Virus record (IMG/VR): IMGVR_UViG_3300048578_000327
Coordinates: 1 to 34,009 of that record
Reading direction: 5' to 3' (one strand)
Source of the DNA: a virus
Taxonomy: Duplodnaviria > Caudoviricetes
Length of the DNA: 34,009 bases
Shown here: piece after piece, positions 25,383 through 34,009 of the stretch
Layout: each line of letters opens with the position of its first letter
Position numbering within the stretch: position 1 is the stretch's first letter
Notes under the pieces: generated by a model
What the model was told of the DNA's origin: nothing
What the model saw: only the letters and a program-made list of their open reading frames with translations
Databases searched by the model: none
Program-made: the position numbers and the translations under genes

Positions 25383-25754
25383 TCATTGGCCGCTGCGCGC
25401 GGATTCACGCCGCGCTGCCAGTGCCTTCTTCTGTGCGATGACCTTGCGCTGTTTGGTGGTGGATTGCTTGCGTACCTGAGCGGACTCATGACCCAGAAAC
25501 CGTTCGACGCGCGCTGGCGTTTCCGCGTCGATCTGGTCAAACATGCGCACGGACTCATCGAACTGGCCCGCGCGCTGCAAGTAGAGCGGCAGCTTCAGCC
25601 ACGTCTCGATGGGGTAGCTCACAGGTGATGTCTTCATGCGCTGGTTTGCGCTGCGCAGGGCGGCTGTAGCTTCGTCCCAATTCTTTGCGTCAGCAAATGC
25701 GGTGGCCTGCCGAAGTAGTGCGGCGGTTTCGTCGTCACGGGCAAACATTAGCAC
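25383..25754 (-). CDS. Hypothetical helical-repeat (TPR-like) moron
   Basis: ATAFADAKNWDEATAAL...KLPLYLQRAGQFDES; downstream of the repressor in the same orientation. Confidence 0.75.
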   Translation of the reverse strand: MLMFARDDETAALLRQATAFADAKNWDEATAALRSANQRMKTSPVSYPIETWLKLPLYLQRAGQFDESVRMFDQIDAETPARVERFLGHESAQVRKQSTTKQRKVIAQKKALAARRESARSGQ

Positions 25755-25778
25755 CCTCCGTGCTGGTCATCGGCTGCA

Positions 25779-26135
25779 TCACGCGGCCTTGCCGCGCTTG
25801 GCACCAGTTGCAGGCTTGAACGCGCCTAGCGCGGTCTTTACCCCTGCCTGCACCTGTTGCGGTGCCGCGTGGAAGTTGTCCAGCAGGATGCGGTCGCCTT
25901 CGCTGATAGCCGAAGCCGACACGGGCTGACTGCGCTGGCCGGTGAGGATGTAGAGAACGTCAGCTCCCGCCACCGACATGCCCGCCAATGCCTTGGCCCC
26001 TGGCTCTGCCCCGCCCTCATATCGCGCCCACATCTCACGGCGAATACCCGCCGCATCGGCTGCTGCCTGCTGCGACAAGCCAAGTCGCCTCCTTTCCTCA
26101 AGGATGCGCGCACCTCTTTGTGCATCTAAGTCCAC
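25779..26135 (-). CDS. Prophage repressor, XRE/HTH_3 family (118 aa)
   Basis: GARILEERRRLGLSQ...WARYEGG...GADVLYILTG; AGAGGT SD before GTG at 26135; divergent from the ner-like gene. Confidence 0.9.
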   Translation of the reverse strand: MDLDAQRGARILEERRRLGLSQQAAADAAGIRREMWARYEGGAEPGAKALAGMSVAGADVLYILTGQRSQPVSASAISEGDRILLDNFHAAPQQVQAGVKTALGAFKPATGAKRGKAA

Positions 26136-26173
26136 AAATACCTCTTGACTTGTGCATTTGAATGCACAAAAAT
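26118..26173. promoter_or_regulatory. Immunity switch: two 20-bp operators and early promoter
   Basis: TTGTGCATT-TG-AATGCACAA (26150-26169) and TTGTGCATCTAAGTCCACAA (26118-26137); TTGACT-N17-AAAAAT (26145-26173). Confidence 0.75.
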
Positions 26174-26242
26174 CCACATCAACAAGTTTCAACAAACCGG
26201 CATTTGTCCCCACAAACGCCAACCAAAAAAGGACGCACCCCA

Positions 26243-26488
26243 ATGCCTACCAAGACTCGGGAGCAGATCCGCCAGGAGTTCGCCAGCCACGGCTGGTCGT
26301 ATTCCGGCTGGGCCAAGCAGCATGGCTACTCGGTTGACCTGGTGCGCGAGATCGTCAACGACGATGAGCGCAACCCGCGTCGCAAGTGCTTGCGCGGCGA
26401 GAGCCACAACATCGCCGTTTCGCTGGGCCTGAAGGCTGGCACGGTTTCCCGCAGCACGGCCCCGCGCCTGCAGCTTTCGGCGGCATGA
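26243..26488 (+). CDS. Ner/Cro-like DNA-binding protein (BcepMu gp16-type)
   Basis: TREQIRQEF...GWSYSGWAKQHGY...RGESHNIAVSLGLK; AAGGA SD. Confidence 0.88.
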   Translation: MPTKTREQIRQEFASHGWSYSGWAKQHGYSVDLVREIVNDDERNPRRKCLRGESHNIAVSLGLKAGTVSRSTAPRLQLSAA

Positions 26489-26928
26489 GCGGTATGTCCA
26501 GCAAGCATCTTACTGGCGCGACCGCCGCGCCTGCCACTACGGCCTCCTATCTGGTACGCAAGGTCAGCTCGCTCCTGACGGTCGAAGTGCACGGCAATAC
26601 ATGGTCCGTAGCGGGCCTGCAGGGCGTACAGGTGGGCGACCGCGTGCTGTGCCTGCCCACCCCTGACGAGGCCCAGGTATTCGTGCAGCGCGAGACCATG
26701 GGCGCAGCTCACGGTCTGTGGGCCGCGCCAGTGGTGCGCGACACCTTCGGCTTTCCCGTAGACACCCCCATCATTGGCTGCTCTCTCGCCGGTGTTCCGC
26801 CAAGCGCTCTTGGTACTGCGCGCGCATCTGATCCAGGTGCAGAGCCATCTCTTCTAGGGTGCGGCGCGCGGTCACAAGCTGAGGCTTGTCTGTATCGCTC
26901 GGCACAGCCGCCCGCCAGCGGCGAGTGA
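26485..26928 (+). CDS. Stand-alone protein resembling the transposase C-terminal domain (147 aa)
   Basis: ATGA-coupled to ner; 13/32 ungapped identities to a C-terminal segment of the transposase at 29121-30941. Confidence 0.65.
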   Translation: MSGMSSKHLTGATAAPATTASYLVRKVSSLLTVEVHGNTWSVAGLQGVQVGDRVLCLPTPDEAQVFVQRETMGAAHGLWAAPVVRDTFGFPVDTPIIGCSLAGVPPSALGTARASDPGAEPSLLGCGARSQAEACLYRSAQPPASGE

Positions 26929-27040
26929 GGGAGTGGCCATCCATGTCCGTCTCCCTCTCCATCACCCAGGCCAGCGTGATCACGGCCCGGCCGATGCCTT
27001 CGATGCGGCCCGCGAGTTCGTCAAAGTCCCGTGTGTCCAT
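26771..27040 (-). CDS. Hypothetical 89-aa protein antisense to the early operon
   Basis: Strong GGAGGGAGG SD before MDTRDFDELAGRIEG; helical protein-like sequence. Confidence 0.7.
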   Translation of the reverse strand: MDTRDFDELAGRIEGIGRAVITLAWVMERETDMDGHSLTRRWRAAVPSDTDKPQLVTARRTLEEMALHLDQMRAQYQERLAEHRRESSQ

Positions 27041-27151
27041 GGTTTCCTCCCTCCGTATGGTTGCGATGGCCGCACTGTACGGCTCGCAAACCCTTGCGGC
27101 GCAGGCCAATCCGGCTATTTGTTTGGAAGCCCAGGCGGCGGGGTGCCTCCA

Positions 27152-27619
27152 ATGACCCGCCGCAATTGGAAAGCCCTGCAGCCCACCAGCCTGCGCAACG
27201 CGCTGGAGCTGTGCAAGGACCATGCACGCGAGAAGCTCAACAAGAGCGTGGAGGGCATCGCCGAGGACATGGGCATTGCCGACCATTGGTCGCTCTACAA
27301 GTGGCTGCAGAACGGCCGCATGCCCTTGGTGCTGGTGCGCCCCTACGAACTGGCCTGCGGCATCGACTTCGTGACGCGCTGGATGGCTGCGAGCAGCGGG
27401 CGGCTGCTGGTGCAGGTTGCCACGGGCCGCAAGCTGACCCCTGTTGACGTGGTGGAGCTGCATGAGCACTTCGCCACGGCGGTGAAGCTGCTCACCGACT
27501 ACTACGCCAAGCCCGGCGACCCATCGGCCACGCTGGCCGCCCTGAGCACCCACATGGAGCACGTTGCCTGGCATCGCCAGAACGTGGCCCAGCACATCAA
27601 CCCGCAGTTGGAGCTTTGA
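27152..27619 (+). CDS. Phage regulatory HTH protein (CII-like)
   Basis: SVEGIAEDMG...SLYKWLQNGRMP...YELACG; ends QLEL. Confidence 0.75.
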   Translation: MTRRNWKALQPTSLRNALELCKDHAREKLNKSVEGIAEDMGIADHWSLYKWLQNGRMPLVLVRPYELACGIDFVTRWMAASSGRLLVQVATGRKLTPVDVVELHEHFATAVKLLTDYYAKPGDPSATLAALSTHMEHVAWHRQNVAQHINPQLEL

Positions 27620-27621
27620 CC

Positions 27622-27852
27622 ATGTCCATTACCTTCCACCCCACGGTCGAGAACGAACTGGGCGTTATCCGCCTGGCCGAGCTCAAGCACGACGACGTGC
27701 TCTGGAACATCAAGAGCACACAGCGCGGCGGCTTGGTGATCAGCCGCGATGACGACGGCACCCACGTCAGCCTGCGCGTACCGCGCGAGTTGCTCGTCGC
27801 CCTGGTGCGCGAGATGGCAACCCAGGTGGAAGCGCTGGAGGACCAGTCGTGA
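27622..27852 (+). CDS. Hypothetical early protein
   Basis: GGAG SD; fills the gap with an overlapping stop/start. Confidence 0.7.
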   Translation: MSITFHPTVENELGVIRLAELKHDDVLWNIKSTQRGGLVISRDDDGTHVSLRVPRELLVALVREMATQVEALEDQS

Positions 27853-28157
27853 GCACCGACACGAAAACCGGCGCCCAGGTGGACCGCGCCCTGGACATGC
27901 TGGAGTGCCTGGCCGGCCGCGTGCTGGATGGCATGAGCAACAAGGACTTGGCCGCCGCGCTGCGCTGCCCGCCGCCCTATGTGACGCGCACGGCCGAGCA
28001 GCTCATGCGCAAGGGCTGGGTCGAAAAGGACGAAGCCACCGGGCGCTTTCGCATCACCACCCGCTTTTCCCGCCTGACGTTCCGCGTCCTGGCGGACTTC
28101 GACCGCGCCAAGCAGGCCCTGGAGGCCGCGCAGCGCAACTACACCCTGAGCAACTGA
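27849..28157 (+). CDS. IclR-type winged HTH protein
   Basis: VDRALDMLECL...GMSNKDLAAAL...VTR...L..KGWVEKDEATGRFRI. Confidence 0.85.
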   Translation: MSTDTKTGAQVDRALDMLECLAGRVLDGMSNKDLAAALRCPPPYVTRTAEQLMRKGWVEKDEATGRFRITTRFSRLTFRVLADFDRAKQALEAAQRNYTLSN

Positions 28158-28167
28158 GAGAGGAAGC

Positions 28168-29124
28168 ATGGCACGCACCCCCACCAAAACAACGCCGCCC
28201 GCAGCCGAGCCCGCGCTGAACGAGGCGGCCCTGGCAACGCTGGACGCCGCGCCGCGCCAACTGGCCGTGGCGCACGAAGCCATGGACGAGGTTCTGGCCG
28301 CAGGCATTGACCTGGGACGACTGGAGGCGCTGGACTTTGTGGCCGTGACGGCCAACACAGCAATGCTTGCAATCTACGAAAACGTAAAAAAATCAAAGGC
28401 TTGGCGCTTGTTGCGGAATCCGCAAGATGGCCGAAACGGCCATTTTGAAAGTCTGGAAGATTTTTGCGAGGTCAAGCTCGGTAAGTCCTACAAGCGTCTA
28501 CGCACTCTGGCCGCGCAGAAGAACCTGCTGGGTCAAGACGCCTATGAGCAGGCCGAACGCCTGGGCCTGCGTGACGTTGACTACAACGCCATCAAGGCTC
28601 TGCCTGCACCCGATCAGGAACTGGTGCGCCGCGCGGTGGAAGAAGCCACCACCCGCGAGCAGGTGCTCGACGTGCTGCACGACCTGGCCGCGCGCAACGT
28701 GCAGCGGGAGGCGGCGCTGCAGGCCGAGCTGCAGGATGCGCGCGACCAGGCCGAGGACCTGGCCGCCAGCAAGAAGGCCGTGGAGAGCCAGGTGGCCGAC
28801 CTGCGCAAGCAGGCCCGCCGCCTGGCGCAGGCCACGCCCGACGAGGTGGCCGCCGATCTGCGCGGCCAGGTGATGGACGCCGTGAAGACCATCGAGGCCG
28901 ACATTCGCGGGCCGCTGGCCGATGGCCTGGAACAGCTCATGACCCACGGCGAAGAAACCGGCCACGGGCAGATGGCCTGGGTGAAGGGCCAGCTCGAAGC
29001 GGTGCTGGATCGTCTCAAGACCGTGGCGGGCCGCATGGGCATTGAGCTGGTGGCCGATACCGGCAAGCCGGCCTGGCTCGCGGGCGCGGTTATCCCTGGC
29101 GTGGCGGCCGAGGCGGCGCAGTGA
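28168..29124 (+). CDS. Conserved pre-transposase protein (DUF3102-like, coiled coil)
   Basis: F.SLEDFCEVKLGKSY...NLLG.DAYEQ...LGL; immediately upstream of the transposase. Confidence 0.75.
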   Translation: MARTPTKTTPPAAEPALNEAALATLDAAPRQLAVAHEAMDEVLAAGIDLGRLEALDFVAVTANTAMLAIYENVKKSKAWRLLRNPQDGRNGHFESLEDFCEVKLGKSYKRLRTLAAQKNLLGQDAYEQAERLGLRDVDYNAIKALPAPDQELVRRAVEEATTREQVLDVLHDLAARNVQREAALQAELQDARDQAEDLAASKKAVESQVADLRKQARRLAQATPDEVAADLRGQVMDAVKTIEADIRGPLADGLEQLMTHGEETGHGQMAWVKGQLEAVLDRLKTVAGRMGIELVADTGKPAWLAGAVIPGVAAEAAQ

Positions 29125-30941
29125 TGATGGCCGCGCCAAACCCAGCACAGACCCAGCGGCTCGTGCACTACGGGCAGGCTGTGGCGGCTGCGGCCTGGGG
29201 CCGCAAGACCGCGATCTACGCCGAGGCAGCCCAGGAGCTGGGTTTGTCGGTGCAGACGGTGATCCGCAAGATCGGCGAAGTGACTGCGAAGACGACGGCG
29301 CCGCGCAAGCGCCGCACGGACGCGGGCACGTCGGCCCTGACAAAAGCCGAGGCTGCGCGCATTGCGCTCGACGTGATGGAGCACATGCGCAAGAACGGCA
29401 AGCGCATCCAGTCCATGAAGGACGCGGTGGAGGAGCTGCGCGCCAACGCGCTGATCCGCGCCGAGCGCGTCACGGGCGATGGTGAGGTGGTGCCGCTGTC
29501 GGTGTCGGCCATCGTGGCCGCGCTGCGCAAGTACCGCTTTCATCCTGACCAGCTTCTGGCGCCCGCGCCGGCCATCCGCATGGCGAGCCTGCACCCCAAC
29601 CACTGCTGGCAGATCGACGCCTCGCGCTGCGTGATGTACTACCTTCCGGCCCAGGGCAAGGACACGGGCCTGCGGGTGGCCGATCACACGGACTACTACG
29701 ATAACAAGCCCAAGAACGTGGCACGGCAGGTGCTGGACAGCCTGTGGCGCTATGTGGTGACCGACCATACCTCGGGCGCGATTTTCGTGTGGTACGTGGT
29801 GGGCGGCGAGACGGGCGGGAATCTGGCCGAGGTGTTCATCCAGGCCGTCCACCAGCGTGGCAAAGACCCGTTCTACGGCGTGCCGCGCATGGTGATGCTC
29901 GACCCCGGCGGCGCCAACACCAGCCCGCCGTTTCTGAACCTGTGCAAGGCGCTGCGCGTGCATGTGCAGATCAACAAGCCCAAGAACCCGCGCGCCAAGG
30001 GCCAGGTGGAGAAGGCGCAGGACATCGTGGAGCGCAGCCTGGAGTCGGCCTTCAAGCTGCTCACGCTGGAGACGCTGGAGCAGATCAACGCGGTGGCGCT
30101 GCAGTGGGGCCGGTGGTTCAACGCCACCCAGGTGCATACGCGCCACGACATGACGCGGTTTTCCGCCTGGATGCGCATTGCGCCCGACCAGCTCGTGCTG
30201 GCGCCCGGCATCGAGCTTTGCCGCGAGCTGGCGGTGTCGGCACCGCTCACGCGGGTGGTGAACGACTTCCACGAGGTGGAGTTCCTGGGGGAGACCTGGG
30301 ACGTGTCGGGCGTGCCCGGGATCATCGTGGGCCAGAAGCTGCAGATCGTGCGCAACGCATGGCGCCCGGATTCGGCCCAGGCTGTGGGCGTGGATGCCGA
30401 GGGCCGCGAGTGCTTCCATGTCCTGGAGCGCAAGGTGAAGGGGGATTTCGGATTTCACGAGGGCTCGGCCATCGTGGGCGAGTCGTTCAAGCGCCATGCC
30501 GATACGCCCGCACAGCGCAACCTCGCCGAGATCGAGATGCTGGCTACGGGCGCCAAGACGGCGTCCGAAGCCGCCGAGGTGCGCAAGGCGATGGCGAAGG
30601 GCAAGGGGCCGCAGGTGCTGGGCGGTGCCATTGACCCGCTCAAGCGTATGCGTGATGCCGTGATCCCTATCTATATGCCGCGCAAGGGCACGGCGCTGGA
30701 GGTGGTGAATCCGCTCGCCAACGGCGAGGTGCTCGACCAAGTGGAGACGACGGTCGCTATTCAGCGCATCGCCAAGCGCATCGGCCGCCCGATCACCCGC
30801 GAGGAAAACCGCTTCGTCAAGGGCCGCTGGCCCGACGTGATGCCCGAGGCGCAGGTCGAGGCCCTGGTGGCGCAGTTCTTGGGCAGCGATGCATGGCCGT
30901 CCGAGTCGTTCGAGGGCCTGCGGGCCGTAGGGGGTGCGTGA
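29121..30941 (+). CDS. DDE transposase A (Mu/B3-type)
   Basis: HPNHCWQIDAS (D), MLDPGGAN (D), NPRAKGQVE (E); N-terminal HTH and RKRRTDAG. Confidence 0.95.
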   Translation: MMMAAPNPAQTQRLVHYGQAVAAAAWGRKTAIYAEAAQELGLSVQTVIRKIGEVTAKTTAPRKRRTDAGTSALTKAEAARIALDVMEHMRKNGKRIQSMKDAVEELRANALIRAERVTGDGEVVPLSVSAIVAALRKYRFHPDQLLAPAPAIRMASLHPNHCWQIDASRCVMYYLPAQGKDTGLRVADHTDYYDNKPKNVARQVLDSLWRYVVTDHTSGAIFVWYVVGGETGGNLAEVFIQAVHQRGKDPFYGVPRMVMLDPGGANTSPPFLNLCKALRVHVQINKPKNPRAKGQVEKAQDIVERSLESAFKLLTLETLEQINAVALQWGRWFNATQVHTRHDMTRFSAWMRIAPDQLVLAPGIELCRELAVSAPLTRVVNDFHEVEFLGETWDVSGVPGIIVGQKLQIVRNAWRPDSAQAVGVDAEGRECFHVLERKVKGDFGFHEGSAIVGESFKRHADTPAQRNLAEIEMLATGAKTASEAAEVRKAMAKGKGPQVLGGAIDPLKRMRDAVIPIYMPRKGTALEVVNPLANGEVLDQVETTVAIQRIAKRIGRPITREENRFVKGRWPDVMPEAQVEALVAQFLGSDAWPSESFEGLRAVGGA

Positions 30942-32173
30942 TGCTGAATCTGCGCGCCGACCTGGCTGCTCACGGCGGCTCTCAATCCGATTGCGCCCGC
31001 CATGTGGGCGTGAGCACCGCCACGATTTCGCTGGCGATCAACTTCAACCGCTGGCCCAAGACACGCATCGGCGAAGGCGCCCTGAAGGAGCGCATCCGCC
31101 AGTACCTCACGTTGCTCGGCGCCCCCCCGGAGACGGTGGCGGCGACGTTTGACGAAGCACCTGCAGCCCCGCGCGCCAACGCGGGTCTGCAGGCGATGGC
31201 GCAAGCCACTCACTCCGGCCCCCAAACCAGTCAATTCAAGGACGAGGAAATGCTACCAAGAAAGCACACGATCACCCCGGACGCACGGGACTACTTCAAC
31301 CTGGAACGCGACCCCTTCAACAACGAGGTTCGCAGCGCGGCCGATCTGTGGATGAACGACAACATCCGCCGCGTGCGCGCGGCGGTGCGCAATGTGGCCC
31401 AGCACGGCGGCATGCTGGCGGTGATCGCGGAATCGGGCGCGGGCAAGTCCACGCTGCGCAAGGACTTGGCGCACTGGATCAAGTCGCAGGCGCAGCCGGT
31501 GATCGTGGCGGAGCCGTACATCCTCGGTATGGAGGACAGCATGCGCAAGGGCCGGCCGCTGCGCGCCGAGGACATCACCACGGCGGTGATCAATCGCCTG
31601 CTGCCCGGTGCGCCGATCCGGCAATCCGACCAGCGGCGCAAGGCGCAGATGCACGAGGCGCTGCGGGCCAGCGCGGAGACGGGCAACCGGCACATCCTCA
31701 TTATTGAAGAGGGGCACCGCCTGGCGCGCGAGACGATCCGGCACTTCAAGGGGTTCTATGAGCTGGAGGACGGTTTCACTTCGCTGCTGTCGATCCTGAT
31801 CATCGGTCAGACCGAGCTGGACTGGAAGCTGGGCGAGGGTGACTTCGATGTGCGGGAGGTCGTGCAGCGCCTGGAGAAGCGCTACCTCGACCCTATCGAC
31901 AACGACGTGGAAGGTTACCTGCGGCACAAGTTCGAGCGGGTTGGCGCGGACTACGACAAGGTGATGGCCCCCGACGCCGCTGAGGCCATCGTGGCCCGCT
32001 TGTACGTCAAGTCCGAGGCGCGCGTGCGTGGGCAGCGCTCCCTCGGCCCGCGCTCGCAGTGCCATCCGCTGGCGATCAACAACCTTGTCTCCGGCGCCAT
32101 CAATCTGGCGCACCAAGGCGGCGAAGAGCGCGTCACGGGCAAGCTGGTGGCCCAGGTGGATCGGGGGGAGTGA
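30941..32173 (+). CDS. Transposition AAA+ ATPase B (ExeA-like) with N-terminal HTH
   Basis: Walker A AESGAGKST, Walker B LIIEEGH, IIGQTEL, REVVQR. Confidence 0.92.
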   Translation: MLNLRADLAAHGGSQSDCARHVGVSTATISLAINFNRWPKTRIGEGALKERIRQYLTLLGAPPETVAATFDEAPAAPRANAGLQAMAQATHSGPQTSQFKDEEMLPRKHTITPDARDYFNLERDPFNNEVRSAADLWMNDNIRRVRAAVRNVAQHGGMLAVIAESGAGKSTLRKDLAHWIKSQAQPVIVAEPYILGMEDSMRKGRPLRAEDITTAVINRLLPGAPIRQSDQRRKAQMHEALRASAETGNRHILIIEEGHRLARETIRHFKGFYELEDGFTSLLSILIIGQTELDWKLGEGDFDVREVVQRLEKRYLDPIDNDVEGYLRHKFERVGADYDKVMAPDAAEAIVARLYVKSEARVRGQRSLGPRSQCHPLAINNLVSGAINLAHQGGEERVTGKLVAQVDRGE

Positions 32174-32175
32174 GC

Positions 32176-32328
32176 ATGCGCAGATACCTCTTGATCATCC
32201 ATATGGACGATGGCTCCAAGGGCAGGCTGCGCGGGGAATGGTGCAGCGACTGGGAGGCCATTGCTGCGATTCTCGGCTCGGGTCTGGAGCACGTCATGGC
32301 CGTGGTGCCGCGCCGGGAGGCCGCATGA
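32176..32328 (+). CDS. Hypothetical 50-aa protein
   Basis: MRRYLLIIHMDDGSKG; GGAG SD; coupled to its neighbours. Confidence 0.65.
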   Translation: MRRYLLIIHMDDGSKGRLRGEWCSDWEAIAAILGSGLEHVMAVVPRREAA

Positions 32329-32567
32329 AGCGCCGCCGCAACCATCCTCTGATTCCCATTGTGGTGTGGCTGGGCGTGGCGCTGGCTTGCTGCCTGTTCG
32401 CCCTGGTGCTGGTGCTGATTCGCACGGCCGGCCAGGATGAGCAGCTCGACCGCGCCCACACGGCGGGCATGGAACTGGGGCAGCAGATGTGCCTGGGCTT
32501 GCGCTCGGAGCTGGAGCGCGCCCCGGTGCGCGCGCCTGCCGTCCACGCGCCGGGAGGGCTGCTCTGA
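32325..32567 (+). CDS. Small membrane protein (80 aa)
   Basis: GGAGG SD, basic N-terminus, one long TM segment. Confidence 0.7.
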   Translation: MKRRRNHPLIPIVVWLGVALACCLFALVLVLIRTAGQDEQLDRAHTAGMELGQQMCLGLRSELERAPVRAPAVHAPGGLL

Positions 32568-33181
32568 TGGCTGATCTGGTCAACACCTGTCCGTCCTGCG
32601 GCGCCGAGGAAAGCCTGGACGTGATGTTCAGCCGCATGGTGGACGACGACATCGTGCGCCGTGCCATCCATGACGTGGTGATCAAGTCGCTGCCGCTGGG
32701 CGCCATGCTGCTGCGCTACATCCGCCTGCACAAGCCGCCCAAGCAGCGGCTGCGCATGACACGGCTGCGCGAGCTGCTCTCCGAACTGGCGGGCGACATG
32801 GCGCGCAACGTGATCGAGCGCCACGGCCGCACCTGGGCCGTGACGAACGACGACTGGCGCGGCGCTTTCGAGGCGGTCTTCACGGCCGCGGACAAGGGCA
32901 CGCTGCGGCTTCCGCTGCAAAGCAATAGCTACCTGTATCAGGTGCTGTCGCGCCAGGCCGATGAGGTCGAGGCAGCGCAGGAAGAAAAGCGCGAGCAGGA
33001 GCGCCGCAACGCGGGCCGCGCGCACTCCAGCGCCGCGCCCACGAACGTGGGCGAGCTGCTGGCGGCTGCGGCCCCACCTTCGGCGGCACCTCGGCACGCC
33101 GCATCCATGCCGTCTCCCGGCATGTCTCCCACGGTGCGCGCGATGCGCGCGCAGGTCAAAACCCCGAAAGGCCAGCCATGA
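32567..33181 (+). CDS. Conserved transposable-phage early protein with N-terminal CxxC
   Basis: CPSCGAEESLD...LRYIRLHKPPKQRL...LPLQSNSYLYQVL. Confidence 0.85.
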   Translation: MADLVNTCPSCGAEESLDVMFSRMVDDDIVRRAIHDVVIKSLPLGAMLLRYIRLHKPPKQRLRMTRLRELLSELAGDMARNVIERHGRTWAVTNDDWRGAFEAVFTAADKGTLRLPLQSNSYLYQVLSRQADEVEAAQEEKREQERRNAGRAHSSAAPTNVGELLAAAAPPSAAPRHAASMPSPGMSPTVRAMRAQVKTPKGQP

Positions 33182-33468
33182 GCATCCCATCCCCCACGCC
33201 CGAGCAGCGCGCGGCGTTTCGTCAAAAGGCTCTCGCCATGGCGCATCAGATCGCCAGGGCATTTGAAGGTGATCAAGAAGTTTTTGTCGTACTGGAGGCG
33301 CTCATGCTGGCGCATAGGTATGTCGCCTCCACTCTGCCGCCGGACATGGTTGGCACTGTTGCTATGGAAATGGCTGGCTATGCCGGTGAACTGATGCAGG
33401 CCGATGCCAAACGCATAAGCCTGCGCTTTTCCGGCACCCCTTCCATCCCCATGTCGCCCATGCATTGA
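33178..33468 (+). CDS. Hypothetical 96-aa protein
   Basis: ATGA overlap; more AT-rich than its neighbours. Confidence 0.7.
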   Translation: MSIPSPTPEQRAAFRQKALAMAHQIARAFEGDQEVFVVLEALMLAHRYVASTLPPDMVGTVAMEMAGYAGELMQADAKRISLRFSGTPSIPMSPMH

Positions 33469-33481
33469 AAGGAGCATCTTT

Positions 33482-34009
33482 ATGGATCAATCCGCAGTCC
33501 CCGATGGCTACATGCGCAACGCGCAGGGCCATCTTGTCCCCATCGAACTGGTCAAGCCCATCGACCAAGAGCGCGACCGCCTGGTGCGCGAGCTGACGGC
33601 TCTTGCCAAAGACCTGTCCGCGCGCCTGGTTGCGGGCAAGTCCAAGATATTCGGCGACGTGGCCGCGTTCGCCGAACTGAGCGCCGAGCAGTACGGCGTG
33701 AAGCGCGGCGGCACAAAGGGCAATATCACGCTGCACACCTACGACGGCGCCTTCAAGCTGCAGATCGCCACGGCCGAGAACATGACGTTCGACGAGCGCC
33801 TGCAGGCGGCCAAGGCCCTGGTGGATGAGTGCATCAACGAATGGGCGCGGGGCAGCAGGCCCGAGATCATCGCGCTGGTGCAGCAGGCGTTCCAGACCGA
33901 CAGGGAAGGAAACGTCAACGTGGGCCGCATCCTGGGCCTGCGCCGCCTGGAGATCACGGACGAGCGCTGGCGGGCGGCGATGACGGCCATCGGCGAGTCG
34001 GTGCAGGTG
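33482..34009 (+). CDS. DUF3164-family protein, truncated by the window end
   Basis: AAGGAG SD; MDQSAVPDGYMRNAQGHLVP..LVKPID..RD...GGTKGNITL.TYDG...FDERLQAAKALVDECI; absent from the ORF track because it has no stop. Confidence 0.88.
   Translation, partial: MDQSAVPDGYMRNAQGHLVPIELVKPIDQERDRLVRELTALAKDLSARLVAGKSKIFGDVAAFAELSAEQYGVKRGGTKGNITLHTYDGAFKLQIATAENMTFDERLQAAKALVDECINEWARGSRPEIIALVQQAFQTDREGNVNVGRILGLRRLEITDERWRAAMTAIGESVQV

Larger units (their letters stand above)
1..34009. mobile_element. Mu/B3-like transposable prophage, sipho-type tail; both ends outside or not recognisable in the window
   Basis: DDE transposase plus AAA ATPase, repressor/ner switch, Mu gp25-gp29-F-G-I gene order, com at the distal end of the late operon; no sheath or baseplate genes. 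Confidence 0.96.

Overview
The window is about 34 kb of a GC-rich, Mu/B3-like transposable prophage with a non-contractile (sipho-type) tail. A betaproteobacterial host is inferred from GC content and gene style only. The minus strand carries the late genes: holin, SLT endolysin, spanins, TraR/DksA, gp25-28 terminase module, portal, MuF, G, protease/scaffold, capsid, neck, tail tube, frameshifting chaperones, tape measure, tail tip, then com and a DNA-modification cassette. The repressor with two morons and the divergent early operon (Ner-like, CII-like, IclR-HTH, DDE transposase A, AAA ATPase B, DUF3164) lie to the right. Neither prophage end is identifiable. The most interesting observations are: (1) MuF has a probable BECR-type RNase extension followed not by an immunity ORF but by a promoter-bearing antisense tRNA-like RNA with a perfect T-loop; (2) the mom position holds a Com-controlled amino-methyltransferase plus a PLP enzyme; (3) a second structured antisense RNA lies upstream of com; (4) an early gene is a stand-alone copy of the transposase C-terminal domain; (5) an identical 22-bp box defines two late promoters, one of them leaderless. 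All family assignments are by-eye motif and synteny calls; no searches were run.
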